The position numbers were made by a program, and so were the translations under genes. A stretch of 64,000 nucleotides of DNA from positions 9,176,001 through 9,240,000 of the forward strand of contig NC_087259.1 of the NCBI RefSeq assembly GCF_037042905.1, read 5' to 3'. Of this stretch, positions 37,201-45,299 are shown in pieces. The DNA is from Lytechinus pictus (lineage: Eukaryota). Each line of letters starts with the position of its first letter. Position 1 is the stretch's first letter. Under the pieces are notes generated by a model, which worked only from the letters and a program-made list of their open reading frames with translations, ran no database searches and was not told the origin of the DNA.

Positions 37201-40200
37201 AAAGAATTACATAAATGATTATTAATATTGTTCATGGAAATAATTTCCTATTGACAAAAAATATATATTATTGCGTAGTCAAAAGCACTTTAAGAAAACA
37301 AAGTTTTGGTTATAACCTGTTTTTGTCCCGTGTTTCACGTCTTTCAAAGAAATAGAAATGGGTTCTAAACAGCATTTTTTGTGTTCTACAAGAAACCCCG
37401 TCGGGTTCTTTATACAACCTATGGGGCTTTTGATGGTGAGTAGGTTCCATTAGCAAAATATTGGGGTCTTTTCACCATCAGGAACCCCGAAACTTTATTT
37501 AGAACTATAATCAGTTTTTAAAGAAAAACTTCAAGAGGTTCAAAATACGGGACAAGGTAAGGTTCAAACATCAATAATCTACTTTTATACAGTGCGTCCC
37601 AGAAAAACGAAACCGAGATTTAGCGATGATTTATCATAACTTAATCTCAAATACAATAGACAAATGACCTACCATTGTAAAGCTTAGAATCTCCTCTTTC
37701 ATCTGAAATTACTTAGGGGATACCAAAAAGTCATTTGGCGGGCTGTATCTGGGTTTCAAAAAGAAAACCACATTTTTAAAAAGTTCAATATCTGTTCTTT
37801 AATTTGATACCTCAATTACAGAAAATGGTCAAGAAATAACAAAGTTCTGGTTATTTAAAAAAAAGGCTTGAATTTCAATGATTTCATAAAATGAAGAGGT
37901 TTTACAGGCTAGCGTTCAAACTCACTCGACACTCCGTTTTGTTGACGACCAGCCATGCATTAATTAAGTCTTTTGTTAACCGTGCGATAGCTTCTGTGGG
38001 GAAACCGGTGAAAGCACGTTTATTTAATTAAATTATGGAAATACAAGCATTGTTTCGAGGGAACATAACTTTTTTACTTCTTGACCATTTTCTGTGATTA
38101 CGGTATCAAATAAAAGAGCAGATATTGAACTTTTTAGGCATGTGATTTTCTTTTTGAAATTCAGACACCCCCCGCCAAATGAGTTTTGGGTATCCTTTCT
38201 TCAATTTTTGTTTGCTCACTCATGCGTGAATGAGGAATAATCTAAGTAATATCAGATGAAAGAAGAGATTCTAAGCTTTACATTGGTAGGTCATTTGTCT
38301 ATTGTATTTATGATTAAGTTATGATAAATCATGGCTAATTCTCGGTTTCGTTTATTCTGGGACGCACTGTATAGCGCTTAAAGGGATGGTCCGGGCTGAA
38401 AATATTTATAGCTTAATAAATAGAGTAGAATTCACTGAGCAAAATGCTGAAAATTTCATCAAAATCGGATAACAAATAAAAAAGTTATTGAATTTTAAAG
38501 TTTAGCAATATTTTGTGAAAACAGTCGTCACGAATATTCATCAGATGGGCTGATGATGTCACATCTCCACTTGTTCTTTTGTATTTTATTATATGAAATT
38601 AGGTTTATTCAAATTTTTTCCTCCAAGAACTAGAAAAATTGGATTGACAACTGATTTATTGCATTAGATATTTATTGCTGCAACTTATTTCATTATAAGG
38701 GAGACATATTATTCACACAAGTATGAAATAATGAAAAAAATATGGTTTTATATAATAACTTAAGAAAACAGAAAGTGGGGATGTGACATCATCAGCCCAC
38801 CTAATGAATATTCATGATGACTGTTTTCACAAAATACTGCTAAACTTAAAACTTCAATAACTTTATTATTTGTTATCCGATTTTGATGAAATTGTCGGCA
38901 TTTTGCTCAGTGAACTCTACTCTATGTATTAAGATATGAATATTTTCAGCCCGGACCATCCCTCTAATATATCAGAACGACGTCTCTTATATATTTATTA
39001 TTACCCCGGTCATCGGATCCTGACATGCCCGCGTAAAATATATGCACTTTCTCCAACACGAGTTCCAAGTCTAGATTGCTAGGCATACTACAACCTACCG
39101 GGTACCCATTTAACACCCAGATGGAGAGCGGCAAAGCGTAGATTGACGCTTTGCCAAATGACGCTAGGCCATAGTGGGGTTCGAATGTACATTCAAAATA
39201 GAGTGAACATTTAATGTACATTAATTTGAAATTAAAAATAAGGTGAAAGATACACAGTGATGTAATTTAGCATCCACTCCGTAACCAATACATAAATATA
39301 CGGTTTGGCCCCGAGTGGTATACTGTTCTTTTCGTTTTTATCTACATCAAATGTATACAGCCTACCTGATACATTGCCCGTCGCAGGAGTTGTCACATCA
39401 TAATCTATTAAATCAGAATTTTGAAGTGAAGAAAAAAATAGAGTAAGAGAGGGAGATGGGGAATTCATCTATTACCTAATCATACAGTTCTATAAGGTCA
39501 CCACTATCTTCACCACTATAAGAACGAACATATAACTCTGTATATATTTGATATCCTGAGGAAGCTTCCAAAGCCAAGGCTCTAAAGTGTGACAGAAAAC
39601 TCACATTTTTGGCAAAGAAACATTGAGGTCCTTTAGACTTGCTTGTGTTAACCATGTACACCTCAGTCTGATTTGGTTAAAGTCAAAGTGTCTCGGTTGT
39701 TATATAGGGTTGCGATATGAAACTGGGATTTCTAAAGCTTGGGTTACCGTCACTCCTGGGGGAAAAGGGTGACTATTTGGAGGAGAATAATTTTCATGTG
39801 CGTGTGTGTGTGGGGGGGGGGGGAGGTGGAGATTGATGATAGCGACCAAAATGGGATGTCATATGTATTCCCCATAAGATTAAACAGTAATTATATTTAT
39901 GCCACGTGAAATTAGTAACCTACCCACTGTGCATGATATAACTTGCGACATGTCTGGGTACCAGTAGCTGCTCGGGTAACAGTAAGAATATGTAGAACCA
40001 TTTGTAGCCGAATATCCGGGAGGACACGAAAACTGAACGTACACATACGATGAGTAATATGGTTGATCTGGTGATACTTCCACGTTTGAATCAACATTTG
40101 GAGGCGGGCAGTCTGTTACAAATATCGAGAATATAATTGATATGAAGCGTAAATTTGCAGAAAATGTTGAGATAATAATTTTGTTTTTACCAAAAGGGGT

Positions 40201-43200
40201 TTATTGGTAACCAAAACAACCAGCCGGAGGTAGTTCCTTTTAACAAGCTGCTTTCGCTAATTGGGTTGGGGGAGGGGGACATTTCATTCCACAGGTTCCC
40301 CCATCGGCAGCTAAAAAGTAATTTTGGTTGGTTTCTTTGAAGGGTAGTGTTACATGTAAGTAAATACTAAAGTTTTAAATAACAATTGCTTTTTAGCTTG
40401 GTATCTCATAAACCCTAATCAAGACATGCGATATGTGCGAAGTGCGAGCTCAAAATTTCGGAAATTTCATGGATTTTACGTAGCACAAAGGTTAGGGATT
40501 GATCGCTAATTTCAAAGAACAATTCTGATTGGGTCCTAGTCAGTCTACTGAGCAAAATGCGCATGCAACGATGATCTTGATAGGTCACTCCTTGTAAATA
40601 TTAAATGCTATTGATTTTTTTTCCTGATTGGAAAGAAAGCATGAATGTTTGTAAGGAAGCAACCATAGGACCGACGGTTTAAGGTCCTCTATGAGGAACC
40701 TGGTAATGAGGATTTTAATGCCCTACCAAAGGGCACTCGCGCACCAATTGGGAATCGAGCCCGGGTCACCAGAATAAGATACCCCCGTTCTAACAGCTGA
40801 GCTATCGCGCCTCCTTTAATTTCATTTAAATTCATTTAGCGATTACTTGCTAATCGTTGTTTTATCGTGTTTACGGCACCCTGATCAATGTATGTGATCA
40901 TGGAGAAGATGGGTATCTAACTAATCAATTTACGGAGCGCGAAGCGCGAGCTGAAAGTTTCGTAAACTGGCATAACAAGAGACCTGTTGGTGAATGTTTG
41001 CAGTGATTCACGAAGACGATAAATATTTGTTTATATCAACAATCAAGTAATGAGCGCGCAAAGCACAAGCAAAATTGCTAATATTCAGACCTGACAATTG
41101 AATATTCTAAGCACTTTTTGTAATAATGAACAGGATAAGAATGTAGCTAAACATTCATTAGGAGCGAAAACGCATTCTGAATTTTATCTAGATTTAGACC
41201 TAAAAACGGGGCACTCATTCCGTAATAATGAAGCCGATGGGTATCTTCACAAATTAATTATGCGAGTGCGAAACACGAGCTGAAATTTTGTGATATTCCG
41301 ATCTGAATTAAGCCCCTTTTATTTAAAGAAGAAACGTATCTCAGTAATCAAGGCCAGCATGAGCTGTTTCGTTACTAGACCAAGAAACTGGGCATTCTAA
41401 GCACATTTTATCATAATGAAAATGACGGATATCTTCCTTAATAAATAATACGAGCGCGAAGCGCAAGCTTATTTTATTTTATGTTCCGATCTAAATAAAA
41501 CCCAAAACATTTAAGGAATACTTCAAGCACTCTTTACCGTGTAGGGAAATTGTGAAAAGGATATGGATCACACTTAAGAAATGATGGAAGCGGGAAGCGC
41601 GAGCTGTTTTCATTTTGCATTTTTTAAGGCTAAGACCAAAAATCGGGGCATTCTACCATGGACTTATCCGGTCATCATGAAAATTATCGCTATCTTCTTG
41701 TTATGGGAATGTGGAGCAAATATATTTGATATCCCGATCTACAAAGACAAGGTTTGTAGGAATTCATGAAAAGGAAATGTACCTCATCAAGTAGGAGTCT
41801 AGGACTAATTAGCGCGCGAAATATTTTGATATATATCCTTGAAAAGTATATATTCTAAGCACCTTTTTTGTAATCATGAACACGATTCGTCGGTTGATAT
41901 AATGTTCTTAACAATTAATGCCAGGGCAAAGTGTGAGCCGAAATGTTTGAAAAACTTGACATTAGAATTCATGTTCATAATTATAGAATTCTTAAAGGAG
42001 TAGGCACTATATATATCTTACTAATCAAAATGCGAGTGCACAGTGCTAGCTAACATTTTTTGAAGTACAGATCTGAAAAGGGATATTTTTGCTAACTTTA
42101 TATGGAATACGCGAAGAGGATAGGTACTTGAAAAAATCATATTCAGACCTGAAAACGCGACATTTTACTAACAATTTAAAAGAAATAAAAGTTGTAAATC
42201 AATAAGAATTAAAGCTCGACACGCGAGCTATATCGAATTAAAACGGTAATTTTTGAAGCTTCATTTTGAGCAAGATAATTATATATCCCAAGAAACAGGG
42301 ATTGCGCGAGCACAATTTTACATAGTGACAAAAAACCATTCCCCCCAATTTTATTTTCAAGTCTATCCCTAACCTTATGTTATTCACTTGTCTCTTCCCC
42401 TTCTTTTTTTCCTTTTCGTATCTCTTGTCTCCCTCTTTTTTCATTTTTTTGCGCCTCCAAGGCGGGGGTCGAAGCTCCCTGGACCCTTCATTGCAATAGG
42501 GTCTACGTTAGCTGCATTCTAGAAATGATTATATCTCTTTCTCTAGTTCCTATACAATTGTTGTATTGCTCTCAACTTGAAATGATTAGTTCATTAGGTA
42601 AAGAAAAAAAATGATATTAGCACGTTACCAAATAGGTTGAAATTAAAATAAATACTATATTTCAGTTGTTACACCGATCAGAAATGTATATTCAAAAGGA
42701 TTGACGGTCCAATGCTGTCAAAGTGTCATTAAATCTAACGATTAATCTTCCAATTGGCACGAGTTTGAATGACATATAAGGTCAATATCTAAAAAGGCAA
42801 ACATTTATTCAATTTGCTTTTATTGGTATGCAATTTCATATTTCTTTCACTTAAGCATGCAAAATGTATTATCAAATTAAAAAAGCACAAGAAGTGTTTT
42901 CTTTATGAATGTTGAATAATTTCAATTCATGAATATGCAAACATGTTGGAGAGTACAAAAAATGCTCAGATGCCTTAAATGCATTTAAGGAATCTGGGCA
43001 TTATGTTTTGGTACTCTCTATCTGTTTTGGTACAGTAACGAACATTTTATTTACTTTGAGATTAGATCTTTACCATTTAATGAAATTTATCTTTCAATCA
43101 ACAAACGGTCATCAAAAGAACAACTCGTTTGTGTTCCACTGTCATAACTAAATCACATGTATAAACATACATAATTATACACAACTGAGGTCAACACTAT

Positions 43201-43466
43201 GTATCAACAGCTCCCCATGATATGAATCACGACATGCCAAGAACCAATATATAAATTAAAAAAAAAGATAATGAAGGATAATTTTTTTTTCAAATCACGT
43301 GTTTCAGACAAACAAATAATAGCGATCATAACCAATTATTATTTTTCATTCTGAAAGAAACGAAAAAATTGAAATGATGATAGGATTTCTTACCTTGTAG
43401 GGATGGAGCGCATTGCAAAAGGAAAGAGATGAGAAAATAAAGCAGAAACCCCCTCCGGTCGGCCAT
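401..43466 (-). CDS. Gene A (31-exon model, 3'-incomplete): secreted mosaic protein SP-CCP-YWTD propeller-SMB-Trp/Thr repeats-CUB-3xSRCR-CUB-SRCR-ZP; DMBT1-like C-terminal half
   Basis: Exons joined at GT-AG sites with compatible phases throughout; 4567 nt = 1522 codons + 1. It starts at ATG 43466 with a hydrophobic signal peptide. The last exon seen (401-596) ends at a gtgagt donor, so the gene continues past it, probably off the window. Confidence 0.88.
777..2720. mobile_element. 1.94-kb composite insertion bounded by two 465-bp direct repeats (777-1241 and 2256-2720); 4-bp TSD TACA
   Basis: I found one substitution between the repeats. TACA at 773-776 and 2721-2724; TATA at both inner junctions. 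No TG..CA termini, PBS or PPT. Confidence 0.8.
2725..3060 (-). mobile_element. 3' end of a CR1/L2-group LINE (ORF2 C-terminus and 3' UTR)
   Basis: ...[41 protein letters not shown] fits the non-LTR ORF2 C-terminal motif (FF..T...WN.LP..VV....FK). A short atccag-type tail continues on the far side of the composite insertion (~758-772). Confidence 0.7.
3085..3677. mobile_element. TTAA-type (Kolobok-like) MITE
   Basis: Long TIRs aggggaatgaaacctttggaacaag / cttgtttcaaaggtttcattttcct, followed by ttaa. Confidence 0.7.
3812..3960. mobile_element. Small palindromic MITE
   Basis: ccgttgcataaaa ... ttttacgcaaccgg inverted ends. Confidence 0.5.
4666..4851. mobile_element. MITE with ~35-bp TIRs
   Basis: gacattttctccggcgacaattgttcc / ggagcaattgtcgccggagcaaatgtc. 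Confidence 0.65.
4873..4972 (-). CDS. Gene A exon 30: ZP-C
   Basis: ttttag|(G)[33 protein letters not shown]|gtgagc; 100 nt, phase 2-0. Confidence 0.88.
5340..6406. mobile_element. Two adjacent Kolobok-like MITEs (degenerate ~5340-5817; intact 5824-6406)
   Basis: ttaa-aagtcaagtccacc ... ggtggacttgtcct; same family as 32156-32760. Confidence 0.72.
6436..6653 (-). CDS. Gene A exon 29: ZP-C
   Basis: ctccag|[13 protein letters not shown]...[26 protein letters not shown]|gtactt; 218 nt, phase 0-2; CWAT and IIENGC are ZP hallmarks. Confidence 0.9.
6770..6981 (-). mobile_element. tRNA-derived SINE (5' part)
   Basis: A box TGGCTCAGTTTGT and B box GGTTCAAACCC, followed by non-tRNA body; 18-bp duplication of the 5' end. 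Confidence 0.7.
7575..7754 (-). CDS. Gene A exon 28: ZP-N and interdomain linker
   Basis: atgtag|[41 protein letters not shown]...YVFDE|gtgagt; 180 nt, phase 0-0. Confidence 0.87.
8147..8325 (-). CDS. Gene A exon 27: ZP-N
   Basis: ttgcag|[17 protein letters not shown]...DESCVG...YNRCGTKQE|gtatga; 179 nt, phase 1-0. Confidence 0.9.
8834..9142 (-). CDS. Gene A exon 26: SRCR domain 4 (6 Cys, canonical acidic motifs)
   Basis: [26 protein letters not shown]...PIWMDDVRC...HGEDASAIC; 309 nt, phase 1-1. Confidence 0.95.
9155..9428 (-). mobile_element. Full-length tRNA-derived SINE, family 1
   Basis: TGGCCCAGTGG and GGTTCGAATCC boxes; (TTA)n tail; near-identical copy at 44697-44966. Confidence 0.88.
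9933..9986 (-). CDS. Gene A exon 25: Pro/Thr linker
   Basis: tttaag|(D)[17 protein letters not shown]|gtaagt; 54 nt, phase 1-1. Confidence 0.75.
10367..10464 (-). CDS. Gene A exon 24: CUB2 C-terminal half
   Basis: tttcag|(R)[32 protein letters not shown]|gtaaat; 98 nt, phase 2-1. Confidence 0.9.
11835..12090 (-). CDS. Gene A exon 23: CUB2 N-terminal half
   Basis: ttacag|[23 protein letters not shown]...WYITAPSGY...[10 protein letters not shown]...GSL(R)|gtccgt; 256 nt, phase 1-2; same length as paralogous exon 14. Confidence 0.88.
12630..12680 (-). CDS. Gene A exon 22: Trp/Thr linker
   Basis: tttcag|(A)[16 protein letters not shown]|gtacgt; 51 nt, phase 1-1. Confidence 0.78.
12980..13152. 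mobile_element. Tc1/mariner MITE, 173-bp internally deleted derivative
   Basis: TA|CAGTGCGTCCCA...TGGGACGCACTG|TA; same TIR as 37590-38369. Confidence 0.85.
13213..13248 (-). CDS. Gene A exon 21: Pro/Thr linker
   Basis: tttcag|(G)[11 protein letters not shown]|gtacgt; 36 nt, phase 1-1. Confidence 0.75.
13320..13514 (-). mobile_element. tRNA-derived SINE, family 2
   Basis: GTAGCTCAGTCGG and GGTTCGATTCC boxes; second copy at 40615-40814. Confidence 0.8.
14065..14376 (-). mobile_element. Old diverged inverted copy of the 465-bp repeat
   Basis: tctaacactgattctag...ctgaacttcctttg...gtctatgggggaatgt match the reverse complement of 777-1241. Confidence 0.7.
15534..15842 (-). CDS. Gene A exon 20: SRCR domain 3
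   Basis: [26 protein letters not shown]...ILLNHVYC...HYDDIGIRC; 309 nt, phase 1-1. Confidence 0.95.
15915..16092. mobile_element. MITE (TIR ...TTTCATAAAGCTGTTCGT)
   Basis: Inverted ends; related copy at ~50600-50775. Confidence 0.7.
16480..16788 (-). CDS. Gene A exon 19: SRCR domain 2
   Basis: [26 protein letters not shown]...ILLNHVTC...HYDDIGVRC; 309 nt, phase 1-1. Confidence 0.95.
16822..17100. mobile_element. CACTG-terminal MITE, TA TSD
   Basis: ta|cactgtta...taacagtg|ta. Confidence 0.65.
17444..17752 (-). CDS. Gene A exon 18: SRCR domain 1
   Basis: [26 protein letters not shown]...ILLNHVGC...HYEDAGAVC; 309 nt, phase 1-1. Confidence 0.95.
18150..18185 (-). CDS. Gene A exon 17: linker
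   Basis: tcacag|(G)[11 protein letters not shown]|gtaacg; 36 nt, phase 1-1. Confidence 0.72.
18893..18946 (-). CDS. Gene A exon 16: Trp/Thr linker
   Basis: tttcag|(A)[17 protein letters not shown]|gtaagc; 54 nt, phase 1-1. Confidence 0.8.
19409..19893. repeat. Foldback palindrome with CG-rich subrepeat arms
   Basis: Arms 19409-19623 and 19775-19893 are reverse complements built of gtcgcgaatttcgtc-like units. Confidence 0.75.
21486..21583 (-). CDS. Gene A exon 15: CUB1 C-terminal half
   Basis: gtttag|(R)[32 protein letters not shown]|gtatta; 98 nt, phase 2-1; paralogous to exon 24. Confidence 0.9.
21838..23750. mobile_element. TAG-terminal TIR element (Academ-like?) hosting a P-like MITE
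   Basis: tagaccagttcgtagtt ... aactacgaactggctta; no clear TSD. Confidence 0.55.
22959..23696. mobile_element. P-superfamily-like non-autonomous element, copy 1
   Basis: 23-bp TIR CATGGACCTATGAAGAGATGGAC; 7-bp TSD CTCTGAT. Confidence 0.85.
23928..24020 (+). mobile_element. tRNA-like SINE head (related fragment at ~58734-58800)
   Basis: TGGCCGAGTGGT and GGTTCGATCCC boxes; anticodon arm does not pair. Confidence 0.6.
25078..25295. mobile_element. CACAG-terminal palindromic MITE, 2-bp TSD AA (CMC/EnSpm-like)
   Basis: aa|cacagtaaaa...tttttactgtg|aa with long internal inverted arms. Confidence 0.7.
25683..26374 (+). mobile_element. Helentron/DINE-like non-autonomous element with internal tandem repeats
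   Basis: 5' gtttcgcctgcatagc, subterminal inverse tgcaggcgagac, 3' ccacttgtt; related to 51456-52408. Confidence 0.7.
26448..26703 (-). CDS. Gene A exon 14: CUB1 N-terminal half
   Basis: caacag|[39 protein letters not shown]...[10 protein letters not shown]...SDM(R)|gtacgt; 256 nt, phase 1-2. Confidence 0.92.
27115..27536 (+). mobile_element. tRNA-derived SINE with Deu-domain-like core and (TAA)n tail
   Basis: TGGCTCAGTCGG and GGTTCGAGTCC boxes; core cggataggacgttaaatggaggccccgt...aagaacccactggactattcg...aagagtcgggg. Confidence 0.8.
27805..27873 (-). CDS. Gene A exon 13: Pro/Thr/Trp linker
   Basis: tttcag|[22 protein letters not shown]|gtgcgt; 69 nt, phase 1-1. Confidence 0.78.
28422..29142. 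mobile_element. P-superfamily-like non-autonomous element, copy 2 (inverted relative to copy 1)
   Basis: Same 23-bp TIR; 7-bp TSD GTTTTAC. Confidence 0.85.
29203..29271 (-). CDS. Gene A exon 12: tetra-Trp repeat 3
   Basis: tttcag|[22 protein letters not shown]|gtaagt; 69 nt, phase 1-1. Confidence 0.85.
29376..29764. mobile_element. MITE with ~50-bp TIRs between tetra-Trp exons
   Basis: agtaccgaag..tgacgtcagttgccatggtgtcatggcgg / ccgccatgacaccatggcaactgacgtca..cttcggtact. Confidence 0.75.
29839..29907 (-). CDS. Gene A exon 11: tetra-Trp repeat 2
   Basis: tttcag|[22 protein letters not shown]|gtaagt; 69 nt, phase 1-1. Confidence 0.85.
30532..30600 (-). CDS. Gene A exon 10: tetra-Trp repeat 1
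   Basis: ctgcag|[22 protein letters not shown]|gtaagt; 69 nt, phase 1-1. Confidence 0.85.
31061..31105 (-). CDS. Gene A exon 9: linker
   Basis: ttctag|(D)[14 protein letters not shown]|gtaagt; 45 nt, phase 1-1. Confidence 0.8.
31656..31766 (-). CDS. Gene A exon 8: somatomedin-B-like domain
   Basis: (D)[36 protein letters not shown]; contains the CxCDxxCxxxGDCCxDY SMB signature; 111 nt, phase 1-1. Confidence 0.85.
32156..32760. mobile_element. Kolobok-like MITE, TTAA TSD
   Basis: TTAA|aggacaagcccacc...ggtggacttgacct|TTAA. Confidence 0.85.
32821..33077. mobile_element. hAT-like MITE, 8-bp TSD
   Basis: atgacacg|cactagcgtacc...ggtacgccgctg|aggacacg (TSD 7/8 identical). Confidence 0.7.
33199..33450 (-). 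CDS. Gene A exon 7: YWTD propeller blades 5-6
   Basis: caacag|[20 protein letters not shown]...HPYDLAF...IAWTDWN...NPYGIHVTP|gttagt; 252 nt, phase 1-1. Confidence 0.9.
34162..34289 (-). CDS. Gene A exon 6: YWTD blade 4
   Basis: [42 protein letters not shown]; 128 nt, phase 2-1. Confidence 0.93.
34815..34977 (-). CDS. Gene A exon 5: YWTD blade 3
   Basis: [31 protein letters not shown]...[11 protein letters not shown]; 163 nt, phase 1-2. Confidence 0.93.
35939..36730. mobile_element. Kolobok-like element, TTAA TSD
   Basis: TTAA|aggtaaaagacagt...actggtgtttatct|TTAA. Confidence 0.6.
36751..36993 (-). CDS. Gene A exon 4: YWTD blades 1-2
   Basis: [10 protein letters not shown]...[29 protein letters not shown]...; 243 nt, phase 1-1. 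Confidence 0.9.
37590..38369. mobile_element. Tc1/mariner-type MITE, TA TSD
   Basis: TA|CAGTGCGTCCCAGAA...TTCTGGGACGCACTG|TA; long palindromic arms. Confidence 0.88.
38382..38963. mobile_element. Kolobok-like MITE (AGGGATGGTCCGG subfamily)
   Basis: TTAA|agggatggtccgggctgaa...ttcagcccggaccatccct|ctaa; very similar to 49809-50400. Confidence 0.85.
39366..39404 (-). CDS. Gene A exon 3: Thr/Pro linker
   Basis: long pyrimidine tract...taatag|(D)[12 protein letters not shown]|gtaggc; 39 nt, phase 1-1. Confidence 0.65.
39924..40112 (-). CDS. Gene A exon 2: CCP/sushi domain
   Basis: (D)CPPP...VQFSCPPGY...[12 protein letters not shown]...SCTV; 4 Cys plus the conserved Trp; 189 nt, phase 1-1. Confidence 0.88.
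40430..42240. repeat. Degenerate ~110-bp tandem array (GAGCGCGAAGCGCGAGCTGAAA core) in gene A intron 1
   Basis: Core or variants near 40437, 40935, 41052, 41263, 41451, 41589, 41811, 41921, 42032 and 42214. Confidence 0.6.
40615..40814 (-). mobile_element. tRNA-derived SINE, family 2, copy 2
   Basis: Homologous to 13320-13514. Confidence 0.78.
43394..43466 (-). CDS. Gene A exon 1: start codon and signal peptide
   Basis: agcATGG context; [24 protein letters not shown]|gtaaga; phase 1 matches exon 2. Confidence 0.78.
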
Positions 43467-44069
43467 GCTTAAACTAGGACCCTAAAATGGGCCTTAAAAT
43501 GAATTTTTAATGACGATTGTGCAGTAGGATACAAGTAAAACAAAAACGGGTCGTCTCCAATATCCTACTATCAGGTGAGGTGTTTAAATCGCAGAATGAT
43601 GATTCGAAGATATCGTAGCACTATATTATCGCGAAAAAGCAAGCACTATGACGCAATTACTGAAAATGCATGAACCGATAATGATTGGTCAACAGTGCGC
43701 TTTATGCCGAATTATCATTATCATGCAATATTTCAGTCGCACGTTCTTATATTGACATCGAAATGCTGATTACATTCAGTGAGTTCCTGGATATCTCCTC
43801 AAGGGTGGAAACAGAAGCCGATGTTCTCATCAAAGCATCTAATACACTGCTCATTTCGCAATGCTGAAATTTATAAACGATTATTAGAAATTAATGCCAA
43901 GAAATAAACAAAAATGTTAATAATTGACATTAATAATGCCTTTTATCTTCCTCATCGTCTGCTTCCTAACTGCGAAATTTCAGACTTTTCGCATGTACTA
44001 TGGGGAAACTCTCTACAACGCATATAATGTAATGAATGTTTCTCACAGAAAATGGTGCTGAACCAATGA

Positions 44070-44092
44070 TGTTCATCATTAATAATCATTAT

Positions 44093-44123
<31 letters not shown>

Positions 44124-44300
44124 CATTATCATCATCACAATCATGATCGCCTTCATCATCATCATGATCATCATTATCATCATCACAATCATGATCGCCT
44201 TCATCATCATCATCATTATCAACACGGATGACGATCATCATCACCACGATCATCAGAATCATGAAAATCATACATATACCGATAATAACGATGATGCTAA
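44070..44300. repeat. (CAT/ATC)n microsatellite with a 48-bp internal duplication
   Basis: Visible trinucleotide run; source of spurious His/Asp/Ile-rich ORFs. Confidence 0.9.
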
Positions 44301-44696
44301 TTCTAAAATGTGTATGCCAGCCCCTTTTCATTATTTTTATCTTCATCATATCAATGATTAATACCTTAATAAAAAGCTTTTATAGGAGATTCGACGATCG
44401 GAGAGCAGTGGGTTTTTCCGTCAAGGATATGTGACGTGGCAAACTCAATCTCAGATGAACTGGGAGAGAAATAAAGAATTTTCCCGTACTTTTTATGTTA
44501 TTTTATTATATTTGTTATCCTTATAACTGCTATTATTTTACCATTGTTATTAATATTATTATTATTATCCCTGTTAATATTATTATTATTGTTTATTTCA
44601 TTGTAATATTTAATTATCTTTTTGATTATGCTTACGATTTTAGTATCAGTATTCATATAAGTTTCGTTGTTATGACTATCATGAAGTGAAAAGCTG

Positions 44697-44966
44697 ATAA
44701 TAATATAGGGTATTTATATTGCATACATATCCACCTTGTTAGGTGCTCAAGGCGCTCCTATATTACCCGGCTAAGCTAGGCGTTCATAGCGCACACAACT
44801 TTTTAAGGAATTACTTCCTACCGGTACCCATTTACCTCACCTGGGTTGAGTGCAGCACACTGTGGATCAGTTTCTTGCTGAAAGAAATTATGCCATGGCT
44901 GGGATTCGAACCCACGACCCTCTGTTTCAAAGTCCGCAGACTAATCCACTGGGCCACAACGCTCCA
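44697..44966 (-). mobile_element. tRNA-derived SINE, family 1, copy 2
   Basis: Near-identical to 9155-9428; a 3' fragment also lies at ~60000-60171. Confidence 0.88.
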
Positions 44967-45299
44967 CTGATGATAGCAGTGCAACGATAATGTCGATAAA
45001 ATACCTTTCTACATGTACGTTGTGGCTGCAAACGGAAATTGGTCTCAAGTTGAAATAAATTGGACCCCCCCCCAAAAAAAAAAAGAAACTCTACTGTATT
45101 GCATAAAATGTCCCAGTTATACACAAATTCGTCCAACAAAGAGCCAAGCGCCATTTCTCAAGCACATAATTGTGTATATTTGTTATGTAAAGGATTTTTT
45201 GATTACCCATGATAAAGAGAAATTTCATCTTTTAAGTTAGTCAGTGTAAAAAAAAAATGTATTTTTATCATGTAAAATACATATAGCATAAATATGCAA

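Noticed and set aside
43470-43900. Core promoter or TATA box of gene A
   Set aside because: AT-rich candidates cannot be told from background without TSS data.
44089-44689. His/Asp/Ile-rich ORFs
   Set aside because: Translations of (CAT)n and (TAT)n simple repeats.
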